Shown here in pieces: positions 1 to 10,831 of a stretch of 64,000 nt of DNA; the stretch's first letter is position 1, and each line of letters starts with the position of its first letter. Source of the stretch: Dimorphilus gyrociliatus (taxonomy: Eukaryota; Animalia; Annelida); assembly GCA_904063045.1 (NCBI GenBank), contig CAJFCJ010000007.1:802819-866818 (forward strand), read 5' to 3'. The notes under the pieces were generated by a model that did not search any database, was not told the DNA's origin, and was given only the letters and a program-made list of their open reading frames with translations. The translations under genes and the position numbers were made by a program.

Positions 1-3000
1 TTTGTGCCGGGTCTTTTTGACTTAGTTCCATCTTCCGACGTTCGTGCCAATTACTTTCTGGTGTTATTGACCAATTTAAGGCGTCCGAAGTATTATCATT
101 CTTTACAATACAGACTGCATTTTGTACCAAGAAGTCAACAACTTCGGGGAAAATCTCTAATAGAACTGGTCTGTAAGGCGACTTAAGAAGTGTTAGAACT
201 GCCAAAGTGCTTAATTTTTTCTTATCAATGTGATTAACGCAGTCGTTATGCTGTATGAATAGTTTAATAATATAGGGACCACTTTCTGAGCACAATTCGT
301 TTAGAGATGATATATTTTTTAAAATAAGCCTTGCTAAGATGGATAGTTGAAAGGATGTCATTACGGGGTTTTCATCTAATGGTTCTGATGGCTGAACTAG
401 ATATGAGACTGTATTTTCATAGACTTTCTTAAAGGTTGACGGCGGTATAAGTTGGATTGAAAGTTCAACTGTTCTTAGAATGAGTACAATCTGATTGGAG
501 AAAATTAGAAAATATAGCATATTATTTGCAAAGCATACATCAAATGATTGATTATTAGTGAAAGTACACATACCCCTTCGTTTTTCAATTCAGACATCAT
601 CATTGAGAAACAGTCATCAAACATCTGACCAAACACATCGTAAACTTTATTCGGTGATGCCATAACACAACTTTCAAATATTTTCAAACAACACCGTACA
701 TTCTCAGTAGAACTTTCCATTATTTTAACTATACGCCCTAGAAGTGATAGGGTCTCATCGGAAATAGCTTCGACGTTTTGAAGATGGGCTAACCAAAGCT
801 CTAGACCATCTTCTAATAAATAAATAGTATCGGGATTATCTAAATCTGTACAATTATCAATGACCGGTAAAACAAAATGTAGAAGAGAACAATTCTTTTC
901 TTGTAAATTTTCAAGTAGCAATTTCGTAGCGGTGACAATTGAAGATTTTAAAGTGTGCTCTTTTTCAGCCGCCGTCCACAAATTAGGTAGATAGTCCATT
1001 AATTTACTAGTCAAAGGTATAATACTCCTTCCGCATCTTTCCATTGAAAATGATATTACATTTAAAACCAAAATCTTTGATTCAACCTCTTCAACAGATA
1101 GTAAAATGTCATATAGCTTACGGAATATATCTTCAAGATACTAAAAGACAAAATGAATATTAAATTTATAAGAAAAGTAAACAAAAGTAAAGATTATAGT
1201 ACTAACTGGAACTAGATCTTCGGATTCCAAATGAAAATCATCCAGAGCTAGACGAAGAGCTGAGACAGTTTCTAATTTTACAACAGTATCTTTTTCTCCC
1301 AAAAGGATACTTATAATTCTGTAAAAATCCTTTTTTAATGTAAATTTCACTCCAAGCCATCTGGCGATCATCCAGACTATTCTTCTTCTAAGAATAAAGG
1401 AGAATGGTTGATCGAAATTCAATTCGGCTACTAAGGAGTTCTTAAACCAGGAATCAAAATCAAGTTCATCGTATAGTTGATAGGAGGCTAATCCAATGGA
1501 TTTGTAAACGGCATCTCTTCTGAGTACGCTTTCCAAGTCGTGAGAAAATGTTGCAGGATTACCGCAGTATTGGTTCAGCAGTTCAAGCAGCAGAGGGCAG
1601 AGTTGTTCCGAATATTCTTTAATTACGGATAGGAAAAGCTTTTCAACGCACTTCTCAAAGTAATAATATTTGTAACAGATACCAGCGTGGTCCTCATTGC
1701 CTATTACGAAGAGAAACATCAATATGATCAACTATCTAAAAACATTAACAAAGATAGTTTTACCGTATTCTTCTGGAATTTCCTCCCAAGCTTGTAGACT
1801 ATCTTCGGTTAGAACCATCATATCCATAACTAAATGCTGACCAAGCTGAGTGATTGTTGAGTAAGTGAAAAAGTTTGTTTTTTGTTTAAGTCCTTCGTTT
1901 GCATCATGAGTTTTAGATGTTTTTATTAATTTATAATCAGGTAAACGTATAATTGAATGCAAAACATTCAACAGATTTATTCTTATCTTTATATCATCTA
2001 TAAAAGTGAGAATTATTTTAAATGAAAATTGGACTTAAAGCAAAAAAAACTTACTTTCATCCGGAGATAAATTTCCAAAAGCTATTTCTGCTATTAGATT
2101 TAGAGCTCTTAAAACAAAATTTCCAAAAAATAATGGATGTTCTTCAATTGTATCTCTTAATATTTTAGTATACCATAGGCAGACTTTACCCATTTTTTCC
2201 TTATTTTCTCCGTCAGCTTCGGCTCTAACTGGAAAAAAGAAAATTATAAATGATCAAAAAGGGATATATTATAAAAATACTACTTACAAATTGGGACATT
2301 GCATCTTGTTTTATTTAATAAAGTATCCATAAACCAACCAACTTTATCATCGGGTTTAGGATAACCGAAAACTATAAGTTTCCTTAGAATTTTTAATGTA
2401 ACAACAATTTCGTCTGCATTTTCACTTTTTAGCCAAACATTAAGTACTATTTCAAATAAATTTCTTGTAAGTTCTTCAAACACCTTTCTATCGTTTGAGA
2501 GCCTTTTTGACGCTAGTGCTTTTATAACGTGTAAAAGTATTATTATAGCTCGTTTCCTTTGAAATGGATCAGGAATTTGAATATTCTGGATTAATGTTGG
2601 AAATAGTTCAGGCCACCTAAGAGGAATATCGTATCGAGCTATTTTCGCAATTAGAACGGATAATTGAGCTGCTATTTGTTCTGATGGTTCGGAAAAATTT
2701 AATATCATGTTCCTAATAACTTTTTTTGACTGCTCCTGAATAACATTGCTTACACCTTCTCTCCAATAACGATCAATGCCATTTTTAAGATATATTATTG
2801 CCATTAGCCTATTTTCTATATCTACATTTCGATCGTTCCAGATCAGCTGTTTATTTAAAAAGAATTTTATATAATTTGAAAAAATAAATAGGTATTAAAG
2901 AAAGTCTTACACATAAATTCTCAAAGAAGTTTGGAATCTTTTCAGATGATTTCAAAACATCTACTGCCGAAGTAACGCATTGGGCATCTTGGCGACAGGC

Positions 3001-3066
3001 AACTTCTATAATCGATCTTACAGCACTAAGATTTTCCATTCCCAGTGCCGATGAGGAATTGTCCAT
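1..3066 (-). CDS. IPO11: Importin-11 (spliced; runs off the left end of the window)
   Basis: ATG at 3066 (MDNSSS...). Importin-beta N-terminal motif AIIYLKNGIDRYWR, then IAKIARYDIPLRWPELF, RDAVYKSIGLASYQLYDELDFDSWF, RRRIVWMIARW and YLLEDGLELW. The last exon (~1-490) reads ...HERRKMELSQKDPAQ, matching the IPO11 C-terminal ...KDPV region. Confidence 0.92.
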
Positions 3067-3762
3067 TTTAAATTTTTATGATTTATGAATTTTGTCACAG
3101 ATTGAACCGTTTTTGAAATAAAAAAGCAAAGAATTCAAGTATTTTTACCAGATGCCTATGTATAGCTTTCGCCGTGGTGATCGATAATAGAGTTTCTCTT
3201 GCTAAAACACTCAAGTTGTATCATAAAACGTATAATGTGGTTTCCTCGAAAACAATAATGTAATACATAGGGGAAAATTCAATGTAAAAGATGCGGAACC
3301 GGATCCAGTATAGACTGCCCGTATGAAGACTTTCTATTTTATAGTAATTTGTCAATTAAAGTTATAAATTAAAGCACAGATATATATTAAGTTATCCAAA
3401 TCCCAATATAACACACAACTAATATTGAAAAGATATGTTGCAAAAAAAAAATTGACGTTCAAAGAAACTTTCCATTTTTGACATGAAAGTTTAGTACCAG
3501 TTTTACATTGTTAACTGGCTATTTAAGAAAATTATTCAAGAGTATATCTTAAATTTTGTAAGAGGAAATCAACAGTTCAAGATAAAATATATTAATTTAT
3601 TATAGAAAAGAGCTTTTAAATACTAAAAATGTATCAGCAAAAATATAGAAATAACAGAAAATGAGATTCTGAAAATGTAAAAAATAGTTGTAAAAATATA
3701 CTACCATTTCTATAAACAACCCATTACAGAGCACTATATACAGACTATAGCAAAGAGAATAT

Positions 3763-5181
3763 CTATACATGGACACTTGGTCCTTCACTTGTTCTTTCAG
3801 CATAAGAGTATAGGCCACGGGGACTTAGTTCGTTCAAAGCCTGATTATTACTGCTGAATTTACCCAAGTTTTCACGTCTATTCTTAATGGGTGTTTCTTC
3901 AATATAGGAATTATGTACGTCAACACTGGCCGTTCTGGAAGACTGGCTCAGATCTCCATTACTGGGTAGGTCATTGTCATATTCTTTTTTTTCTAATGAA
4001 TTTGAGTAATTGTTTTCATTATTAGAGTTCTTAATTTGCATCTTATAGCAATCAACGAATTCGCTCTCAAATCCTTGATTATCGTGCTTTTCGTAAGGTT
4101 TATTATCAGTAGCAGCCTGACGACGTTGCACATCTTGAGCCGTAAAATATCTGTCTTTTATTACAATTATACCTAGCACCATACAAGCTATACAAGCCAA
4201 ACCAAAGAAGAAACTGAGGGCTATAATAGCTTTTTTATGTTTTGACTTCAGATTAGAAACAGTTGGAGGTTCGTCGAAGCAAGTAGGGTCTGCCCACGAA
4301 CGTTTCCTGAGACAGGTACAAACAGAGTCTTCTTTGTTTCGATTGGAAGTGTCTAAAAGTTTTCGATATAGAAATTACCATCGTTTTTCCTAAAATAGTT
4401 AGATGGGAAAAAAAATGAAAAAACCTACCACAAACAGATACACCAACTTCTTTTGTTTTTCCGCCAATTTCACAAATAAAAATCCCAGAATCTTGGTATT
4501 TTATGTCTGTTTAAAAAGTATAAGGCGAGATATTATTCAATTTGTTCGATTATTCTGTCAATTGTAAAAAGTTACGGTTAATTGCTAAAGTAGATTTAAT
4601 TCCACTTTGTTTAGAGTCACGAGATATCCAGTATCTTTTAGTTTTAATGAAGTCATTTAATTGTACTCCTGTCCCAATTGCTTCTCTAATATCTGCCCGT
4701 TGTCTAAACCAGTTTAAGGAATTTCCCACATCGCTTTGACATTCAAGCGTTACTGAATCACCTAAAATTGAAATATTTAATTAGAATATGAATAATTATG
4801 TATTAAGTATTTAAGGACAAACCTGAATATATTTGATTTTTTGGCGGGTATATTGAAAGAGAAATGGAACCAGAAGAAACCACTAAAAAAGAAGAAAAAA
4901 AAACAATGGAGTAAAAGTTCATCTAATATATTAGACATTGTAATAAATTTACGATCTTTACTATAGAGTAAATAGTAAGAAAGATTTTTAAGGCCTATTA
5001 TATAAGATTTCTAGGTTATCAGTAATAAATTCGATAGCCATCTTGATAACAGATTCGAATCCCTAGTTTAAATCGAACCCCGAAACGGTTAAAGATAATA
5101 AAAAAAGTCCTTACCGAGTGAGAATAAAATCATTAGAAGTCTAGTACCAAAAAAATTCCGTGTTAAATTAATAAAATTCAT
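3763..5181 (-). CDS. Type I membrane protein with one Ig V-set domain, a short Cys-rich linker, a TM helix and a ~130-aa cytoplasmic tail
   Basis: Five exons assembled from GT-AG sites: MNFINL...LMILFSL / VVSSGSISLSIYPPKNQIYS / GDSVTLECQS...LNWFRQ...STLAIN / HIKYQDSGIFICEIGG...VSVC / DTSNRNKEDSVCTCLRKRSWADPTCF...AIIALSFFFGLACIACMVLGIIVI (TM)... The canonical Ig C-W-DSGxxxC pattern is present. Confidence 0.75.
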
Positions 5182-5636
5182 TTTTCACAAAAATCAAGGT
5201 AAGTATATGACTACCTGTCCAAAAACACCATTTTAATAACAAACAGATACTTGTAGATACCTAAATACAAAATGGCGGACTTTCTTTAAAGTCATTATAC
5301 CACCATTTTGAATTGTTCAGCTAAGTCTCACCATAGAAAACTAATAGTAATTTTGACCCTTAGTTGACTCTTTTATATATAGATTCGTTCTGGTCTATCG
5401 AACAATAAGTATTCGATTGTTGGTTATCTGTTGTTTCATTACGCAATGATACATAATAGACAATAATACATATGTGGATTGCAATAATTACTTTGTTTAA
5501 ATAAAAAATACGCTTTATATCATAGAAATTATAAAAAAAGCTTAGAACATTCTTTTTCAAAGAGAAAAAATATGATTACGGCGTAATACTTTCACTTTAA
5601 ATGTTTGGTACATTTGTTTGTCAATATTGATTAAGT

Positions 5637-6663
5637 ATGAAATTTAAGATATATCTTTCGATTAGTATAATTTCAATTTCCTTAAACTCATTCATACTTT
5701 TTTATAAGTGTTATGATAGCTTAAATATAATTAATAATGTTAATGATAAAGCCAGATTTAATTTAGAGAACAATACAATTATTTTTATAGGAGGTTATCA
5801 ACATTCAGGCTCTAATCTACTTAGACTGATTTTATCCTCTCATCCTGAAATATTCTGTTCTCCTTCTTTCAATAAAATTGATAACTTACTTAGATCTTTG
5901 CGTATGCAATTTTATAATAAAATCGAAAGGCAAAGGATACTTGAAGCTAAACTACCAATAAAGGATCTTATATTAGCATATAGTCGTTTATTATATAGTT
6001 TACTCCCCAAAAGGGAAAACCGTATTGTTTGCAGTCAAAGCAAGTTTGTTTTTTCCTGTTTTTTTAATTGTTTCTTATTCTTATTATAATTAAAAGTCTC
6101 TTATTAAATAAAAAAATAGCCCTATTTATATGGATATTTTATATAAACTCTTTCCAAATTCGAAATATTTGTTACTTGTGAGAGATGGAAGAGCAATTAC
6201 GGATTCTATCGTTAAACACTTACGACACTCGTACACCGATTATAGAAAATACGAAGATATTCTGAAAAATTGGAATGAAAAAGTTAGCCATTCTACGTGG
6301 CTATGTATAGAATTAAATAGGATAAAGAATAGTGAAATATGCAAAATAGTGAAATATGAGGATATTATTCTCAATGGAAATGAGACTTTGTCGTCAATCC
6401 TGGCTTTCCTTGGAGTAAAATGGACAAATAATGTTCTAAATCATTCAAAACATTCTACAGATAACTTGTTGAACGGATTACATGGATTGAAAAAGAGACA
6501 ATTATTAGAACCAATAAACTTTAAACATATCTATAAATGGAACAGAAACTGGCCTGAAAAGCTCCACGAAATGTCATTGAGAAAACTCGCCCCTCCTTTA
6601 TATTTATTTAAGTATATAAACTTCTCCGTAAGCCAAGCTATCCGACAAAAAAATATCTTCTGA
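5637..6663 (+). CDS. Protein-tyrosine sulfotransferase-like protein (probably catalytically degenerate)
   Basis: N-terminal signal anchor; IFIGGYQHSGSNLLRLILSSHPEIFC (TPST: [26 protein letters not shown]); LFPNSKYLLLVRDGRA; VKYEDIILN...ILAFLGVKWTNNVLNH. One intron at 6044-6119. Confidence 0.8.
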
Positions 6664-6893
6664 TTGAAAATAATATAACGGAAGTAGAAATATACAATTC
6701 TTTGATGGCTGTTACTATACTGTTTATTCTGTTAAAACATCTTTTTTTGAAAATAAAATAAAACTACCAAGACTTTTTATAGCTTGGACAAAATCAAATG
6801 GTTATATCGCCAGTCCTTTGGCGATATTCTATTTAAGTTGGGATATTATTATTTTTTTCTGGGGGGGAAATACCTAAATTCCATAAGGATGAA

Positions 6894-8092
6894 TTAGGTA
6901 CTTTGTGAAGGACAATAAGGACTAAAGGTTCTTAAATACGAATCAGCGGATTGATTATTTAATATCATCATGCTTTGATATGTGCGTGATGGTGCCAAGT
7001 AAGAATGTGGTACAATATTCATTTCTGTATCCATCTGCATTTCGAGTTCATTATATGAATTGGTATTATTGGGCCAGGCACAACATTGTTCCGAGCTTCT
7101 TTGACGATTTTCCAAATGCTGAGTTGGATCTGGATTCTGGTCCAAACTGAGCAAATAGTCTCTGGTTAAAGTCTGTATATCAGCCAATTGTTCTCTAACG
7201 TAGAAAAAGTCAATCGCTTCGGATCTTGCAATCCCAGTTTTTGTTTGAGCGGTTAAGTATATTTTTACTGGAATTCTTGACTCCAATATGCTTCCGTTAT
7301 AAGGTGGCGAGAAAACAATAATTACTGTCTGATTATGTATCTCTTTGGGTTGTTTTTCAACTTCCCAATCATGATCATCTTTGAAAATTACTGTTAGCTT
7401 TTTCGTTTTTAGTTTTTGAACCAAAATAAAGATTTTTGTTTCGCCTTCAACCGTTCCACATTCATGACTTAATTGACAAATTTCAAGTGGATTTTCGCAT
7501 GTAATTACATCAGTTAATATCGAATCAGTTTTAATACTAAAATTATCTTTCTTTACAAACAGCTCAAAGCGAATCTTTAAGCTTTTCAAATCCATTTCCG
7601 TAAGATCCTTAGGAAAGTTATATGTCTCATTAAAGACATTTGAATCACAATTTTGACAGTTATTCAGTTTTTCAGCTACATCTCTCTTTTTAACACGTCT
7701 TATACCTATTTGATATTCAAATTCGATATTCCCATTAACTTTTTTGTTAAAAACTCCATTCTCACAATCGGGTCCATCCAATATATATCCATGAATCAAA
7801 TGAGGCTCTTGGCTCGTAACGCAAATTCCTCTGATTAAGACTTGCTCATTTGGAGAGCATCCATGGATTTTTAGAGTAGGAAAAGTAGGTTTTTCTTTAG
7901 TTGAATTTATTCCTCTTAAAAGTCCTTTTGTCTTTTCCGTTTTGTATCTAAACCTAACACCGTATTGTTGAGGCTGTTCGCCAATAGACAAATATGGCTT
8001 TTCATTTTTACTTAAATCTACACAGGACGAAATGTCATTTCATTAATTTTCTTTAATTAGTTAAAAAACTTACAAAAACAGTCTTCAAACAT
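6894..8092 (-). CDS. Short Rel/NF-kappaB family protein (RHD + IPT, no ankyrin repeats)
   Basis: Small first exon MFEDCF (ATG 8092), one intron, then a ~1.1-kb exon: PYLSIGEQPQQYGVRFRYKTE, PTFPTLKIHG, HGYILDGPDCENGVF, EMDLKSLKIRFELF, IPT domain LEICQLSHECGTVEGETKIFILVQKL and IHNQTVIIVFSPPY. Confidence 0.85.
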
Positions 8093-8230
8093 GATGTATG
8101 TTAATTAAATAATCATAAAATTATTAATCAAGTAGGTGTGCTTTAATCCGTCGGTACTCACTCCAATATGAAATACTTATATAATATACTTTCGACTATA
8201 TATATACAGTATATATATATATATATTGCC

Positions 8231-8236
8231 TTTATA
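8231..8236 (-). promoter_or_regulatory. Candidate TATA box of the Rel gene
   Basis: TATAAA on the minus strand ~140 nt upstream of the ATG at 8092; AT-rich context lowers specificity. Confidence 0.35.
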
Positions 8237-8263
8237 AAAAGCCAAGAGGCCTGTATTTAGAGT

Positions 8264-8272
8264 GGGAATTCC
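8264..8272. promoter_or_regulatory. kB-type element GGGAATTCC
   Basis: 9-bp Rel-type site ~30 nt upstream of the putative TATA of the Rel gene, followed by GGAAATTT. Confidence 0.5.
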
Positions 8273-8542
8273 AGAGGAAATTTGTTTTGATAAGAGCTTA
8301 AAGTCTGGTATCACTTAAAGACTATCTATTTTAGATTATAGATCATAAACTAGCAAACGTTATAACAGGATTTAATTTATTACTTTATATCTATTTTACT
8401 ATTAATTTTATATAAATACGTTTAATATACATATTATTGTATTTTTTTTTCCATTTACTGACTTGAACCTCTTTTTAAACTAATTTAAATATGCAAATTA
8501 TGAACTATGTTTATTGGCCTGAGTGAGTTTTAAATCGATTGC

Positions 8543-8556
8543 GTTGTTATGGTATC
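8543..8556. promoter_or_regulatory. Candidate RFX X-box
   Basis: GTTGTTATGGTATC is a 13/14 match to GTHNYYATRRNAAC, ~180 nt upstream of the RIIa-domain gene ATG. Confidence 0.35.
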
Positions 8557-8734
8557 CAACAAAGATAAGGATAAACTATACAACTTAAAATATTCTTTTG
8601 TTTAATCAGTCTTTTCAAAACAAACTAACGAGAATAAAAGATTGATTGGTTAATTAATTAAGAGAAGGATAATAGTAAACAGTAATATCTACAATAATCT
8701 ATACCTTTGATACAGAGATAATTGTCAATTTTCT

Positions 8735-9088
8735 ATGGAAAACCAACGAAAATTAAGCGAGTCATCCGACTTATCTTTAGAAATAAAGCGTAGTGATTCA
8801 GAAGATATTACGGATAGTGAAAATTCAGAACACGACGTATCGGAAGATCCTCGTAGAAAAGCCGCTACATATTTATCAAAAGAAAACATTTTTGAATTAT
8901 TTCGGACTTTAACCGCTGGAATAGTTTATAATAGGCCAGAAAATTCCGTAAAATTTATGATAAATGAAATTGATAAGATAAATAAAGTTAAGGAAAAGAA
9001 TTCTGAATCTTTGGCCCCTGATCAAAGTGATTTATTGAACGATGATCCAAAAGTTGATAATTCATTAACTTCTGTGAAGCCTTGCTGA
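8735..9088 (+). CDS. Small acidic protein with an RIIa/Dpy-30-like dimerisation-docking domain (TEX55/EFCAB10-like)
   Basis: Single-exon ORF; RKAATYLSKENIFELFRTLTAGIVYNRPENSVKFMINEI fits the YLxxxxIxxLxxxLxxxLxxxRPxDPxxFL docking-domain pattern. Confidence 0.7.
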   Translation: MENQRKLSESSDLSLEIKRSDSEDITDSENSEHDVSEDPRRKAATYLSKENIFELFRTLTAGIVYNRPENSVKFMINEIDKINKVKEKNSESLAPDQSDLLNDDPKVDNSLTSVKPC

Positions 9089-9435
9089 CATCTTCTAAAT
9101 ACAACATTTTTTGTCTTTTACTCAACAGTATTCTTTTTCTTTCTATTTTTGATTTTTATATAAAATTATTTTGATTATCCTTTCTTCTTTTCATAGAAAA
9201 TCTATATTTTCTTAATTATCTACTTAAATTGTTTGTCAAATTTGTTATTAAGTGGCAATTGTTTATATAAGCAAATTTGTATTATGATAAAATGTTGTCG
9301 AAAAGATTTATTTCAATTGTTTTAAGAGTGATTGATAGGGATGTATTTTTACTATGATATAAACTGGTATGCTAGGTATTGAATATTTTACCGTAATTGA
9401 TAAATAAAATCTCAACAGCAATAAAAGTCTTAAAA

Positions 9436-10517
9436 ATGAAAGAAGAGTCAGCTGTTAAGTTTTTTATGAAAAATTCTGCTGCGGGTACTGCAGGAGGAAT
9501 TGCCGTTTGCGTTGTCGGTCATCCTTTTGATACATTGAAGGTCAGACTTCAATCTCAACCGATTGAAAATCCAGTGTACAACGGTCTTATAGACTGCTGT
9601 AAGAAAACTTATAAGTATGAAGGCATTGGTGGTTTTTATAAAGGCGTTGGTAAGTAAAAAGCTTAAAGAAAGTGCCATTTGAGAAAGATATGATTTTTAT
9701 TTTGTGCTTTTTGTTTCAGGGTCACCTTTGATAGGACAAATGTTTTTTCGAGCAGTAATGTTTTCATCCTATAGGGAGATTGGAAGTTCCCTAGGTGGTA
9801 AAAAGAAAAGACTTGAGGCATATAAATATTATGTTGCGGGGGCTGGGACTGGCTTTTGCAGTGCTTTTGTTGAAGGACCAATAGATTTGGTAGGTAGAGA
9901 TGTACCAAGATCGATTTCACAATGAAATTTTTATAAACTTTCAGCTGAAAACTAAAATGCAAACCGATATTATAAACTCAGAAAAGAATAAAGTGCCTCT
10001 CCGCTATAAGCACGTTTTCCATGCAGGCAAGCTTATTATAGGGCAGCATGGTTTTAAAGCAGTGTTTCAGGGTCTTACTGCCACTCATATGAGAAATATT
10101 CCTGCATGTGGCATATACTTTGGTAAGTTCGCCTAAACACGCGATACTTTTATAAAAACAATAAGTTCATAATATGTAACAGGATTTTACGAACTGGCTA
10201 GAACACACTTTACACCAGCTGGTGGAACTGTTGCTGACATAACTCTCTTTCAACAATTTTGTTCGGGAGGCATAGCCGGATTTTTCTATTGGAGCATGAC
10301 ATATCCAACGGATGTTATTAAGTCGGTTATGCAGAGTGACGACCTAGATCCAAAAACTCGACAATATAGAAATATAGCCGAATGCGCTAGGAAATTGTAC
10401 GCCGAAGGTGGTATTACAAGATTCTTTAAGGGTTTGACACCATGCATGATGAGGTCAATACCAGCAAACGCTGCTATGCTGTTCACTTTTGAAAAAGTTA
10501 GAGTACTCATATCCTAA
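9436..10517 (+). CDS. Mitochondrial carrier (SLC25; carnitine/acylcarnitine or basic amino-acid carrier-like)
   Basis: Three carrier signatures: GHPFDTLKVRLQ, EGPIDLLKTKMQ and YPTDVIKSVMQ. Four exons, with introns beginning near 9651, 9891 and 10123. Confidence 0.9.
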
Positions 10518-10831
10518 TTGACAGTATTAAGAACAAGCAATAAGATATCCTAATTTCATGTGATCGAGAAACTTCGAAGTTTGAACCTGCAGTGTAATTG
10601 ATTAGATACGCATCTCAAGTAAATAAATAAAATATCAATAAATATTTTTCTCTAGATTGAACTTTAATTGGAATAATTAAAAAAACGTATCTTATCTAAA
10701 TTACACACTTTACACACCATTGACAATATCATAGAAGATTGTTTAAATATGTATCTGAAGCAAATTTATAAAATTCAAAATTCTGCTTATTTCTGTCAAC
10801 TTTAAAAATATAAATAAATAAACTTTATACT

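Noticed and set aside
4-186. 60-aa plus ORF at window start
   Set aside because: Antisense to the IPO11 terminal exon.
4340-4430. Apparent frameshift in the Ig gene
   Set aside because: Using the second AG (…aacttttag|ACACTT) as acceptor restores the frame with a normal ~75-nt intron.
5040-5070. tRNA gene (TTCGAATCC motif)
   Set aside because: No proper T-stem, D-arm or anticodon arm can be built.
5360-5560. 66-aa minus ORF with a hydrophobic stretch and NET/NES sequons
   Set aside because: TTG start, located in a short AT-rich divergent promoter gap, no splice or homology support.
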